Shown in pieces: positions 35,501 to 48,516 of a DNA stretch of 64,000 bases (position 1 is the first letter of the stretch; every line of letters begins with the position of its first letter). The notes under the pieces were generated by a model, which saw only the letters and a list, made by a program, of their open reading frames with translations, made no database searches and was not told the DNA's origin. Both the position numbers and the translations under genes were made by a program. This stretch comes from Pseudovirgaria hyperparasitica. Its lineage: Eukaryota. The stretch lies in assembly GCA_010093815.1 (NCBI GenBank), contig ML996566.1; one strand, written 5' to 3'.

Positions 35501-37216
35501 TTACGGCCCCTTTTTTAATTTTACACAGTCCTCATCCATTTCTAAGTCAGAGGTGGTCGCAGTGTCTGTTTTCTTCTTCCTCAGAATCGTCGTTCCGACT
35601 ACGATTGCCCCCATAACTGTCGCTCCGAGGGCGCATGCAAGACCTTGGCTGAACGCATTCCTCAATCCAATTGCGTATGCTTCCAAGATTGCATCGATGT
35701 CCGCCGGAAATGCCTCGCGCAGTCCCACGGCACCGTTTTGTACGATGCGGACCGGATCTACACGTGGCGCGACACGCTTTAGCGTACTTATTAGTCCGTT
35801 CGCGAAGATTGCCTGGCCAGTCGAGAGGAAGAATGCACCGCCGGTCAGCTCGAAAAAGAGCGTCATGCCGATCATATTGGGAATATCTGCCAAATCGACA
35901 CTTTTCTGGTTCGCAATCATGGGGATTTGGAGACCGATGCCGATGCCTACACCAACGACGATCTGGTAGCCGATCCATTCGGCCGGAGTGGAGTGCAGGT
36001 CGAGCAGCTTGATAAGCGCAGAGCCGATGACCATGAGGATCGGACCGAGTATCATGGGAACTTGCCAGAGGTTGGTGCGGCCAATGAATTGAGACGCGAC
36101 GATGGTGAATAAGGATGTGGAGAGGATCATGGGGATATTGCGGTAGCCAGACTGTTCCGCATCCACTCCTTGAATGGATTGGAAAAGAATTGGAAGGAAG
36201 TAAATGAGTGGGAAGTAAGCACCAGAGATGAGGAATGTGGTGATGCAATTCCCAGGAACTGGCCAGATTTTTAGAAGACGAGGCGGTGCCAGGGCTCGCT
36301 CACCCATGAAGTGTTCATTGACAAAGAAGATGACCATCAGAAGCCCAGAAACAACTAGCATTCCGATGACTCGAGAGTCGTTCCAAGCGTAAGATACGCC
36401 CCCCCATTGCATGGCTAGCATGAGACAAGTGCCTGCGGCAGTCATCATCAACGTGCCTGGAAGGTTCATGTCGAGAAGGAAGCGAAACCCTTGAAATGGT
36501 TGGCGGGAATTCTTGTGAGCTTGTGGTGTATCAAATACAAAGAAAAGAGAAAGGACTGTGACGATTCCAATAGGAACATTGAAAAGGAAAGTCCACCGCC
36601 ACGAGGCATGAGTTGTAAGGATTCCGCCTAGGAGAGGACCAACAACACTCGCGACGCTGAAAGTTGCACCCATGATGCCAATGCACATGACCTTCATTCT
36701 TTCAGTTGTGACAAATGCAATGCAGATAAAGGCACCTCCGATCGTTCCTGAGCCTCCAATCCCAGCTATTGCGCGTCCCAGAATGACAGTAGGTGAGTTT
36801 GGAGCCAATCCAGATATCAGGTTGCCCATCTCGAAGACAGCAATGGCAGTTATGAGAGTCCATTTGAGGTCAAACGTACTGTATGCCTTGCCCCAGGTCG
36901 CTTGAAAGGTGGCCTGGGTAAGGAATGACGCAGATCCGTACCAGCCTACGTCGTCCAGTGACATGAAGTGGGCAGTTATTGCGGGGACTGCGGTTGCAAT
37001 CACGGTCATCTCGAGAGCTGAGAGGAAGATGCAGAGCATGATGGTTCCCAGAACGGCAATAAACTTAGCACCTTTCGGTGTATCATCTTTCGTGCCTTCG
37101 TCGGTAGGTATGTCGAATAGCTCAGTATTCGTGGACGAAGCTGTATCATGGATGGTAATCATGTCGGTATCCTTCTGGCTCTCATTTTTACTTGTCAGTG
37201 AGTTTAATCGCTCCAT
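35501..37216 (-). CDS. MFS drug/toxin efflux transporter (14-TMS, DHA2/ARN-type), intronless
   Basis: FLSALEMTVIATAVPAIT, DVGWYGSA, WGKAY, GRAIAGIGGSG, GPLLGG.LT...WRW.F..N.P.G, WGG..Y.W. Confidence 0.92.
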   Translation of the reverse strand: MERLNSLTSKNESQKDTDMITIHDTASSTNTELFDIPTDEGTKDDTPKGAKFIAVLGTIMLCIFLSALEMTVIATAVPAITAHFMSLDDVGWYGSASFLTQATFQATWGKAYSTFDLKWTLITAIAVFEMGNLISGLAPNSPTVILGRAIAGIGGSGTIGGAFICIAFVTTERMKVMCIGIMGATFSVASVVGPLLGGILTTHASWRWTFLFNVPIGIVTVLSLFFVFDTPQAHKNSRQPFQGFRFLLDMNLPGTLMMTAAGTCLMLAMQWGGVSYAWNDSRVIGMLVVSGLLMVIFFVNEHFMGERALAPPRLLKIWPVPGNCITTFLISGAYFPLIYFLPILFQSIQGVDAEQSGYRNIPMILSTSLFTIVASQFIGRTNLWQVPMILGPILMVIGSALIKLLDLHSTPAEWIGYQIVVGVGIGIGLQIPMIANQKSVDLADIPNMIGMTLFFELTGGAFFLSTGQAIFANGLISTLKRVAPRVDPVRIVQNGAVGLREAFPADIDAILEAYAIGLRNAFSQGLACALGATVMGAIVVGTTILRKKKTDTATTSDLEMDEDCVKLKKGP

Positions 37217-40200
37217 CGTAAGTTGAGTTAGGTGGAGAGGTGGAGTCAATGAAAGAAGTCAAAGTAGGAGATAGGCACAGAATGATCGGACGGCCGTTGA
37301 AGGCCAGCAAATACGACCGATGAGACAACGACCGACTGAGCCGTGGATGGTTATACGGCAGAAGGCATTCGAGAAGAAGCTGTAGATGCAGTGTAAGGGC
37401 TAGCAGCCAGTGTTATAACGTGGAAGACAATCTTCAGATATCGACTGACGATCATACCCACAATCCAGATGGGTCGGGGTGGGGATTGGCCTCAATTGCT
37501 AATTGATCCTTTAGCGGGCTTCGGCGAACCAGATGACTCTCTCGTGCCCTAGCGTTGGACACACGAGGCCGTCAGCCAATCAGCGTGGAACATACAGTGA
37601 ATAAACACGTAAGTGAAGCGCCCTGGCCTAAAGCGGGAGCGTGTAATACGGCGCTGCATGGCATTCCTTTCTGCGGCTGTCATTACAGTTAAAGCCTGTG
37701 CGGTATGCTGCAGTGTTGACAGAGGTCTAAAAATGCCGTGCAATCAAGTTGCGCCTGGTGTCTTTACGTGGAACGCACGTTAACATGCATGCCGTCGATC
37801 ATCCTCCAGGCGGTCGGTCGGTAAGTATTACAGTGATAGTGTCCCGTCCAAAATATACGAGTGGCGAGGCCAATCATTAGCTTGTGGTGTCAAGCTGAGC
37901 GATTACGCCTAGAGCATACATAGTATATTGCGGCGCGCAATTGATTCGCAATTACAGTCTGCCGACATTATGCAAGCCATTCAACGCAAAGAGGAGGCCA
38001 AGTAACTGAGTTTCCTGCAGGGTCGACCGGGACAACAGAAGAGTAGCCGTCACGGATACCAATGCGATCTGAAGTCCGTGGAATGACTGCTTGCGGAGCA
38101 TTTTGCGAAATAGTACATCAGTACATAGTACGATGTACCATGGGTGTGACTACCGCCGCCATCCGTAAGGCACAGGCTACTGCAAGCCGTCGCAAATTGG
38201 ATCGAGGTTTATTGTCTGGCCTGATGTGGGCAGATGAGAATCATGCTGGAATGTAATTACACGACAGGCTCGTGTCCAGGGAGTTGGGAAGTCTAGCCAT
38301 ACCGTCGGTTCGGGTTCGTGTTTCCCCCCAAACGCCAACGGGTCGTTTCGATCTACATATGTGAATTTCTGGAATGGAGGCGTGTTGTGCGGAACGTGAA
38401 TTGTGCTGGTTGTGTGACGCAGGTTGAAATAAGAATTGTTTGATTCGACGGCGGCGATGGCTTGCGGGCTGGGATGTTCGGCGCGCAACGGCACCACGCC
38501 CGTGCGGCAAAGTAAGGGGCTTCTTGAGGCTCGAGCTTGGCCAAATGCGGCGTAGTGTGTTTACACCTTGGTCGCCGTCTCAGAACCCTGGATAGGAAGA
38601 ATCATATTACTCTATCAAAAGAACAGAGCGCAGACAGCACTGGATGTTAGTGTCAAACAAGCAACCCTATTCCATCGATGAACAGGCTAGATTCATACGA
38701 TTGACCACAGTACATACAATGCACAGCATATACATGGATGGTAACGTCACTTTCGTAGCCGTAGTTCTCTACCCCAGGGCTTCGCACGAAAGCATCAGGC
38801 AACGTACTGTAGATCACCCAGTCTGACTCGCGGTCAGCACCAAACTTAGCCATCAAAGCTGTCGTATTGTGCTGTTTAGGCACAATCGTCCCAGCGCTTA
38901 ACCTCTGTCTGAAACAATAGCATGTAGCATACTTTCCAGGCAAACTGCATATGTCTCGGTATGGCACTGATGTGAGATGACGCTTTAGTATGAGGGATGG
39001 ACTGGACGTTGCTACAGCTCTGAGCGTAGTGTCTTTGGTGAAGCTGGCTGAGAAGGTGAGCCAGAATGAATTGGGCATAATATATGCAAGGCCAGAGGGC
39101 TTGCGTGGGATGGCACTTTGGTTAAGGAACCGACTAAATGCGAACTCGCCTCAATGACCGAGAGATCTCACTTGTCTCCTTTTTCGTTAATATTTGTTGC
39201 ATCTTCTCCTCCCTCCTGCATGGACCGTGTCTGACTGCAACACCCTGTCTGTAGACGGAGAATCACTGTATACAGTCGCGTAACTGCTCTGGACTACTTG
39301 TATCTCCAAGCGTGGAGGCGTGTGTAGGTTTCCTAGAGTCTGAAATCGAAAGCCCGGGAGATGTCTTTTGCCGCAAAACGCTGAGATTCTAGCACTCCAG
39401 GTGCAAGCAATTACATTCGCAACAAGATCGTACGACGTGTTTGTCTGTGGCATATCCACATATATTCATTGGTGATTGCCTCAAACTTGTAACCAGCACC
39501 CCAGTATGCGAGGACCTTTTGTTAATACGCCTCCGTCAGATGCTGATATGACCTCTAGTTCTGACACGTGGGTAGATAGCTGCTTATCTGCTCATTACTG
39601 CGTTTATTTCAAGTGTAGCTAGTACGAGACAGCATACCAATAGAGGCCTGAGACAAGTTGCAGATGTCTTGGAAACACGATCGGTCGAGATCATTCATGT
39701 GATGCGTCTGCATACTTCGCCTACCGGGCTTTCGCACTCCTCCAAATCTAATGCTCTCATACCTGCATTCTTCCCTCTGTACCAAATATATACGCTAGCC
39801 TATATAGAGCCTGTTGCCGCATCTGATAGATCTTATCGGCTATCTGAGATGAATCTGGCTTCGGACCGTAAGTCCAAGGTATAACTTATGATCGTATGGC
39901 ACAATTATGAGAAAGAGTATGGATGCTAACTGTACGGTGAGAGCAGTTAATGAATACGTATGCGGTTGTATCGACGCACGATGTCGTGCGTCCGACTACA
40001 TAAACAGTCGAAACGATGTCTGATTTGGCTGAACATGACAGACTTTGCGACAACAACGTCAGCGTACATTCATTATTCACACAGAGTTCGTTGAGAAGAA
40101 GACGAGGTTGACAGACTGCTATTTGACCCGTCGTCATATCTGACAAATCTTGTGGAAGCGCTGGTCGCTCGTAATGCAGGAGTTAGAACGACACGTAGAC

Positions 40201-40540
40201 CGAAACAGATAAACACGCGTAAAGGACTTGAGGTAAATAATTACTTTCTGAGATAACATTCTGAGATGTGAACGCATTCGAGATATAGCAAAATATATGC
40301 AGCAACGCTAATGTAAGCAGGAGCAACAAGACATTGTCATAATCTGCTGTGCAGGGTATCGCATGCAGAAACTCAACCGCAACGCTGCATGCCTCAAGAA
40401 GAACAAAGGCACTGGTGCCACCATCTAGTTGCAACGAAGGAACCAGATTTAAACGCCTCGCAAAATGCATGAAGTGATCAGAGGTATACCGCTAAACGTT
40501 CTGGGGGCTTTCTGCTTCGGCATCAACAGAGAGGTATTGA

Positions 40541-42334
40541 TCACACCGCAATACCACGTCGGTACCAGCCGTTCACTCCTTTCCACGCCCACAACCAGAG
40601 TCCACACGCAATCCACACACTGACTGCCATGCCCCAAAACGTTGGGGCGTAGCACCGTGTTCCATAGCACAGTGTGTCCGTTGTATGTCCTTGGCTCTGA
40701 GCCTCTCCAGCCTTTTGATACACAGCTGCATAAAGTGCGCCCCAGACAGTTGCACCCAACGCAGGCATGGTCGCTACAATACCCCAATTCGTGCCAAAAT
40801 TCTCAACACCCCAGACCACGCTGATTATGATGGGAATAAGACTGAAGGTGGCACCGTAGCCGGCACCAATGAGGGTGGAGACAGCTCCAAATGCCATCGC
40901 ATTGTTCTGAGCCGCGCCCGAGGCAAGCAAGATTTGTCCGATCGAGAGCATGATCGCGAAGGCGAGGAGAAATACTATGCGGGAAAGTGTGAACTTCTTC
41001 GGCGAGAGAGATGGAAGAGAGGAGAGAGACAAGATAGATGATGAGAGATCGCGTCTGTGTTGGCCGCTTGGGGCTATAGGCGACAAGATATCAGAGACAA
41101 TGCCAGTGAGTATGCGAGCTGCAGTGGATGTCACGGCGATTATACCGACGTGCGTAGCGCGTGTTACCATAGCGCTCTCGGAGGTACCGGGCGGATATAG
41201 AGTCGGGATGATTGTGCCAACATTGTTGATATATGCTTCACCAGGGCCCGTGAGAAGGAAGAAGCCTGCGGCAAGGTACCACATAGTTTGGTCGGTCAGG
41301 AAGCGGCGAGTCTCCTCATTGAGAAGCCAGGTTTTCTTACGGGCCTCTTCTTCGGCGCGTCGTTGTAGGACTTCCGCTTCATGGTTCAGGAACGAGAATT
41401 GGGATGCTGAAAGATCTGCTGTGTTCAAAGTACCGTAGCCATGTATATCGGCAGCCCGAGAGAAGAACTCAGATTCAGATAGGAAGCCGCTTTGCTCGAG
41501 CTCGTCAATAGCTTCATCGATCATTTCAGCTTCATTGACAATTTGCAGAGCGAAAAGGCCAATAGTGCCGACGCTTAGCAGGAGGATCCCCAAAAACAGG
41601 AAGTATTTGAAGACGTCTACGTTTGTCGAGCCGTCGGCCAAACGCTCATATAGAAGCTTGTCCCCGACTTGACTCTGCCACATTCCGCTCAGCCCAAAGG
41701 CAGCAATAGGTAGAGCAAGGGCGACGCCCTTATTCTTTCCCCGACCGAAATTTTTTGCGCACGTCGATACTGCGGACACATACATGCAGCAGGTACCCAT
41801 CCCAACGCAAACGAATGAAAATATCATGATCCCGATAGGCCAGCCATCGCCACCATTGGATACTGGAGGGCCACTCTTATATGTGAAAGCTGCTAGCAGG
41901 TAGCCCAGTCCGAAGAGAAAGCCAGAGAGGAGTGATGGTAGACGTGGTCCGTATCGGTCACACAGATATCCGAAACCTGGCACAGGCAGGTACATCGCGA
42001 GCTCAGCTGCGATGGACACCCAATTGACCTCATACTGCGAGTAGCCTAGGCGCTTTTGAAACATTCCTCCGTACAATGAATACGCAGTGATGGATCCGGC
42101 ACATGAGCAGTTCACCAACGCCCAGACGAAGCTGAAGTACCGTACGACTTCGCGCTGCATCCTCTTTCGGTCGCGTGCCTGTATGCCTTCTGCAACTTGC
42201 TCGAAGAAGCTGCCCGCATAGCTTGTGTCTTGACTTCGCCTTTCATTGCTACTATCTCGATCTACTTGTAGGAGAGGGCGACGCGATCCGGGGCCGGGAA
42301 AGTCAAGTTTGCTGATGCCATTGTTCGGTGACAT
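40541..42334 (-). CDS. MCH1: MFS transporter, Mch1-like
   Basis: CAGSITAYSLY, GYLCDRYGP, CAKNFGRGK..G.ALA.PIAAFGLSGMWQSQ, TGPGEAYINN, WGVENFGTNWG. Confidence 0.85.
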   Translation of the reverse strand: MSPNNGISKLDFPGPGSRRPLLQVDRDSSNERRSQDTSYAGSFFEQVAEGIQARDRKRMQREVVRYFSFVWALVNCSCAGSITAYSLYGGMFQKRLGYSQYEVNWVSIAAELAMYLPVPGFGYLCDRYGPRLPSLLSGFLFGLGYLLAAFTYKSGPPVSNGGDGWPIGIMIFSFVCVGMGTCCMYVSAVSTCAKNFGRGKNKGVALALPIAAFGLSGMWQSQVGDKLLYERLADGSTNVDVFKYFLFLGILLLSVGTIGLFALQIVNEAEMIDEAIDELEQSGFLSESEFFSRAADIHGYGTLNTADLSASQFSFLNHEAEVLQRRAEEEARKKTWLLNEETRRFLTDQTMWYLAAGFFLLTGPGEAYINNVGTIIPTLYPPGTSESAMVTRATHVGIIAVTSTAARILTGIVSDILSPIAPSGQHRRDLSSSILSLSSLPSLSPKKFTLSRIVFLLAFAIMLSIGQILLASGAAQNNAMAFGAVSTLIGAGYGATFSLIPIIISVVWGVENFGTNWGIVATMPALGATVWGALYAAVYQKAGEAQSQGHTTDTLCYGTRCYAPTFWGMAVSVWIACGLWLWAWKGVNGWYRRGIAV

Positions 42335-42632
42335 GACGCAGGGTTCAGAAAGCGGTCAACAGGAAATGAGCATGGTAACGAAGGGAAGGAGAGATCCAGA
42401 TTGATGAAGGAGCAGAGGAAGGAAAGGATTCGTAGGAGGAGTAATAGATGTCCTTAGACAATACGAGGTAGAGAGAATGTAGCTGCCGGCGGTTACAGAA
42501 ATGAGGCTGTTCAAGCAGCTTGACGTTATGACTAAATCCGGATCGTCAGCATGACTCGTGCGTCGCAACGCACGAGCCCCCATGACTTCGAAGCTCCTGT
42601 GACTTCAACTTTTTTGTCCTCCTGCAGCAGCA

Positions 42633-43794
42633 ATGGCACCAACCGCGCAATCAGCGCAAGTCCTGTTGTCACCTGCGGAATTATCCTATCTTCATTCCTC
42701 GCTCGCTCTGACCCCTCCTGTTCGACCTGATGGACGCACATCTACTGAACTCCGTTCGCTAGTCGCCGAGGCGGACATTTTACCTACAGCGAATGGCAGC
42801 GCAAGAATCTGCTTTCAAGATGGCACAGAAGCAATCGCGGGTGTAAAAGCTGAAGTTGAAAATTCGCAATGGCATCCGGTGACGGGAGGGTACGAGACAA
42901 ACTTGGAAACGGGCGGCACTGATGTAGAGATGAGCCAAGATGCAGACGAAGATGAGGAAGCAAAGCGCACGCGAAGGAGCAAGGGCAGAGGCGAAAATAC
43001 ATGGGTCGAAATGAGTATCGAGATACCTGGTTTTCGTGATGACGATGCGCTCCCTGTGTATCTAGCTGCCATGCTTACTGAGGCGCTGCTGTCGGATGGA
43101 GTATTGAAAGACAGATTGTACATCAATAACCGTTACCACTGGAAGCTCTATATCGACGTAAATGCTCCTATTTTTGCACACCAGCCCAGTGCTGACCATG
43201 CTATAGATTCTGCTACTCTCCCCGCCACTTTCCTATCCTCTTCCGCTCCTTTCACTTACGACACATCTCGCTTTACTCTCCTCTCGCTTGCCTTCACTCA
43301 AATCAGAAGGTGATGAGGACCCTTTCTTCGACGATGACTGGGAAGCTGCCACACCTTTATATGCACCATCGTCGAGGCCCCCAGTGACACTGCTCGTGAT
43401 GACAGTCGGCTCTAACATAATATTTGACCCTGCAAAAGAAGAATTAGCAGTCGCAGAAGCAGCTCTCGCAGTCTCGTGCGCGAGTGACTATAACAAGACT
43501 CCGGACTCGAACGGCCGAGGAATAAATATCCTTTCCATCCGCACGATTGACCCACCATCTCGTCTTACACCGCTGGGCATTCCAAACTCCCTCAACTCAG
43601 CGACGGGAGGAGCTGCTCCAGTATCTCAACAAGATCTTGTCACCATCAGAGAAGGTATGGATTCGCAAGGTGTTTGGCGTCCTCCGCGAGGAGGTATCAA
43701 GAGATCTATGATCGCTCGAGTTGTCAAGGCCGCAATCCAACCGGGAGGTGTTGCAGATGAGATCCTGCAAGCTCTCAAGAATGTGGAAAGATGA
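42633..43794 (+). CDS. RRP42: Exosome complex RNase PH-like subunit Rrp42; 2 exons
   Basis: LSPAELSYL..RPDGR...R..LPTANGSAR..GVKAEV..WKLYID|ILLLS..SYP..DDDW. Intron 43158-43206. Confidence 0.9.
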
Positions 43795-44385
43795 AAAACA
43801 GTAATGGCTTTCGAGAGCTTTGGCTTTGGTATATCCAACGAGTCATGACTAAGGTCGTATATGTACGACATGATGTCTCACCTGTGCCGATAGCGCATCA
43901 TAGTCAGCAAAGGAAGTATCATCTATTTATTACAGAGGACATCATACGTCGTGGAGAATCAGGAACATGAACTGATATGAGAGAGGGCATGGATGCTAAT
44001 TCTCGAGTCAATAGATATTCATGAAGATCAATGGTCACTTAGGTTTGGCCTCAAGCGTTCGCAAGTATCCGAGTAGGTACGTAGAATATGACGCGGCAAA
44101 CGCAAATATTAAGACGTATCTGAAACTTCCCTTTCCTCTCAAGACGCATGATTCCTATAACTTTTGTAATCCTGCAAATGACACCCGGCTGTAATCAAGT
44201 CTTCGACTGTGGTCGGGAGTCGTGAGCATTGAATGGTCAGATCACACATTTTCTCAGTACCTGATTCACTTCGATTCCGGGTGGCGGCGGCAACATTCCG
44301 TCCTTCCGCAACTCAGAAACTTTGCTACCTTTCCTTCGTTTACAGACAAAATACCACTAGAAAACGTATTCCATACTCTACGGGC

Positions 44386-45646
44386 ATGTCCTCACCAATG
44401 GACAGTGTGGTCTCCTCAGGCACTGCTCACGCAGCTTCGTCAGCCGAAGCCACGATCGTGCAGACTTGTCAACTCAGAGATCTTCCGAGAAAAGCGTTCG
44501 ACACTTTCCAAGACCTTATTCAATTTATATGTGAGGATCTAGATCACGTTCATGAACAGTTGTCAATTCGCTCACGCCCTTACAGCTAAAGTACAGCGGT
44601 ATGCTTTGCTCAGAGACGTTAAGCAGGAGCTTCATTTTGTGGTATCAGATAGTATGGACAAGTCCGTCACAGTTGCGATAGGTATCGAAAATATGTCACG
44701 ACAGAACTATGAGATCCTCTTACGATCAGTGCCTTCAACCAACACGAGAGATGACATTCCAGCTGCCATTCGTAGCTTGGAACGCATTTGCGACCGAGCT
44801 ATACTAAGGCTAGAACGAGAAGCTCTGGAAGTGATTTCTTTCCTCGAAGGACAAGGAATTGACAAGAGTTCCGCGGATCATGGATTTCAGCCTGGGTCTG
44901 CATTCTCCGTGCGGCAGATAGAACGGCTAGGTATCACCCAGGTACTTGTTATTACTGCGATTCTGAGAGCCATAGCTAACATGCAACAGGTCCAAGATGC
45001 AACGCAGGTGCACAAGAAGATCCTTCTGATGGGGTCCCCAGTAACACCCGAAAAGCTCATAACGCCTGTTTCAGCGACGGTTGGATCCGGATCAATCTTG
45101 AAGCGGAATAGAAACGATATCTACTCCGTGTCACAGTCTCGCTCTGAACCGAGGCCTTCGACTGCTTCAAAGAAAGTGTGCTTCGAGGCTCCTGCTACTA
45201 TGCCTCCAGAACCTTGGGTGGTCAAAGGATCAGATCTTACATCATTGGAGCAGGCAAACTACATAATCCTTTTCCACGACCCGTCCGTAATCGCTTACCC
45301 ACCAGTAGTGCACAGTCGCAAAGACTGCTCACGACCTTCTTATCGCTTCGGATCGCTGTACGTGTTGAGAGCGCGGTATCAAGGCGAGGTACGCACTATT
45401 ATGCGGACGGCAGGTAACGAAGATATCCTTGATTGCGCTATTCCTGCCCAGGGAGAGAGCTCGTTGGTTGACTCCGACAAGAATACCGTACGTCTGGTAT
45501 TCGAACACAATGGTGAGCAAACACCTTGGACCTTTTCAGTTGGTAGTCTCCAATCTGCCATGGACCTGGTCTGGGTGTATGAGCGACGTGGATCAGCACT
45601 GTCGCGACTTTCGCAGGAACGACGATTCATTGCGGCGCCACTATAA
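44386..45646 (+). CDS. Hypothetical protein; 2 exons
   Basis: An ATG exon joins the long ORF through intron 44531-44585 (GTGAGG..CTCAC..CAG); no family recognised. Confidence 0.6.
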
Positions 45647-46131
45647 ACCTCAAGCCCGTCTGTGTGCCACAGTCACAGCATACCTTGGGGCTTCTACTTT
45701 TGATAGCCTGCGCGTGTGTGTTTTCTAATCACAGGAGGTCTGGACACGGTGTGAAGCATCATAGCATGTCTCAAATGAGTCAAATCCGGTTGGGGAATAA
45801 TATTGCATCACGGCAGACGTGTAAGTGGCTAATCGAATATCATACTCTCACCACACACACTTGGTCTTGTAGCATGTACCGAGTCACTTTGACCGTAACG
45901 AGCACCTGCGCGACCTAGAATAGAGCACCAGACGGAATCCTAGAGCGCGTAAGTGAAAAGTGCTTCGTCATCTTCTATGCCAAGAACCAGACCTCATTGA
46001 TGGCTGAAGGCTAACAGAAACCACTGATGTCCGAAAGTGGCCTAGCATAGCGGCTCTACACGTTTAGGCCTTCCATATATCCTATCGTCGTACCTCGATC
46101 CGTCTGACTTTCAACCCCCAACACCACAATA

Positions 46132-47892
46132 ATGTCTAATTCCTCGACCTTGGATGCCATCAAGCGCCCGGTCGAGGTCAAGAGACATGCTGCCTGCGAT
46201 GAATGCCGTATGTATACAGTTCTTGATTTCGAAATCTGCTACTGCAGTGCGTCGTCATTGGCGCTCTTTCATATGTCTCCGAGGTGGGCGGTTCGTTGGC
46301 GGCTGCGATTCGCATTGACCAACGCCATCCAGGGATCTAGAGGCAAGAGCGGCAACGAGAGCCCATGTACTAAGCCATTTCGGTATCTTTTGATGGCATC
46401 TATCTATCCTTAATCATTACTGCTTTGTCCGGAATGTCGACTCACCGAAGTACAGGTACACGTAAGCTGAAATGCTCCGGCACAACACCCAAGTGCGCAC
46501 GATGTGAGCGTGAGGGCGTACGATGCGAGTACTCGCCGCAGAAACAAATGGGCCGACCCAAGAAACGGCGACGAGCAGATGAGTCGGAGCAGCAAGACAC
46601 GCCGCCAGATGAGGTAAGCCCGGAAACCCCGGCCGCGCCGGCCATCACCATGGACGACCTCGGATTTGGCCACGGAGCCGGATTCGACGATTTCGACTTC
46701 GACATGTTCAGCGGCATGCTGCAGTGCGATCAAGGCCATCAGCATCAGATCAATATTGATCCTGCCCTGAGCAACAACCAGAACGGGACATATCCGACGC
46801 CATATCTGGAAGCATGGAACGGATTTACAGCGTGCGAGTATGCCTCCTGACCCAGCAGAATCCTAAACAAAAGCCCGATTGACACGCTCGCCCAGATCCA
46901 TCCAACAATGGCAACAACATACAAACCAGCAAAACCTCCTATACCCAATCATCCCCTCGCCCAACCCAACACCCGCAACCACCACAAGTACAACTACAAC
47001 GATAACTCCACACCCACCAGCCCCGGATCAATCCCCACAGCCCCCCGCCGCCAGCACAACCCCAATCTGCTCTTGTCTCTCCTCAATGTATCTGACTCTC
47101 TCCACCCTCTCCACGCTTCCCACCCACTCCTTCCCTCAAATCCTCTCCCCAATCCGCTCCTCCCTCGCCGTCGCTTCCACCGTGCTCACATGCCCGACCT
47201 GCCCCCTCGCATCCGCAACCCTAATCCAAAACATCGGCGTCCTCCAAACCCTCCTCACAACCCTCGCAAACACCTTCTTCAGAGCCCTCGCCGCCATCGA
47301 CACCGAAGCAACCCGTCTCACATCCGCCGGCGACACCCGCGCCTACCGCTTCAGTGAACACTCCTCCCCTGATACTCCTGCCCCTGCTCCTGCTCCCGGA
47401 ATTCATACCGCCCACGCCCCAAACACCGTCCAGAGCCAAGTCAAAGAGAACAACAGCACCAACGAAGAAGATAGCCCAACACCATCCTTCAGCCTCGAAT
47501 TCACCGGCGACGAATGGCGCGCCCTAGCCCGCAAAGCCCTCCAAGCCGAAGCCGGCACGTGCAAAGGCCGGCCCCCAGAGCGCACGTTTGTCGGTGTTGT
47601 CGAGTCGATGGTCGTGCGGCAGCGCCGGTGGCACGCGGATCTGAATGTGGGTCAGATGTGTGAGCATTTGTATTTCAGGAAGAGGAAGAAGAAAGATGGT
47701 GGAGAGGGAGTTGGGCAGGACAAGGAGGATGAGGGGCAGGAGCGTGGGGGAGGGAACGGCGAGGGGAAGGTGGGGGAGGATGGGTGTAGGAAGGGCATGC
47801 CTGGCACGCGGGGCAGGATTGAGGAGCATGATTGCGTGAGGCAGTTGCAGCGGATTCGCAAGATGGTTGAGTTGATGGGGTTTGACGAGTGA
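46132..47892 (+). CDS. Zn(II)2Cys6 transcription factor; 3 exons
   Basis: Spliced KRHAACDECR|TRKLKCSGTTPKCARCEREGVRCEYSPQKQMGRP, with a C-terminal CSCLSSMYLTL..L.C..C motif. Introns at 46208-46456 and 46838-46895. Confidence 0.9.
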
Positions 47893-47980
47893 GTGAGTGA
47901 GTGAGATGTCTCTGGCTGAGGAAGCTGGATCCATATATACCGTGGATATATGTATTCTGCATCTGCATCTGCATCTGCAT
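47886..47980. repeat. Short microsatellites (GAGT)n and (TCTGCA)n in the 3' region of the transcription factor gene
   Basis: gagtgagtgagtgagtgag and tctgca x4. Confidence 0.85.
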
Positions 47981-48516
47981 CTTCATTCTCGAGAGAATGG
48001 AAAGAGCCGCGAGCGTGCGGGCTATACACAGAAGCACTTGTCCAGCTAAAACACTGCCCAGGTATCCATATTATCCTCATCTCTATATCCATCTCAATGT
48101 CCAATCGAATTCCTAGACTGCCCCATCATCTACCTAAGACAGTCGAAACCACTAAGACACGCACGACTCTGTCCCGCATGTGCTTAAAGGAAGCAATGAA
48201 CAGACTTCGGTGATGTGTTATAGTGTATCATATATATAAATCGAAATGTATAAAATTCTTCGAATTTAGACTTTCTGGATTCCGATTCTTGGGCTCTACT
48301 AAGAATCTAGAGCAGATAAGGTGGTTGTTTGGTTCTGCCCCAGGAATTATGGCTGAACTGGCTTGAGTTGATCTGCATGTATGTGCTGCTATCTACATAT
48401 ACTTCATTTCTCACTTCCGATTCTCGCTTTCTCTCACAATCTCATGAGCCAGCCCACCCCAAATCCCGCTACTACTCAAGCCATGCATGATGGAGCATGG
48501 CACGGATGAGACGCGT

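Noticed and set aside
38241..38700. Possible RNase P/MRP or telomerase RNA (GGGAAGTCTAGCC..GGCTAGATTC complementarity)
   Set aside because: No proper P4 consensus with a bulged U and no TAACCCTAA-type template seen. A cmsearch would settle it.
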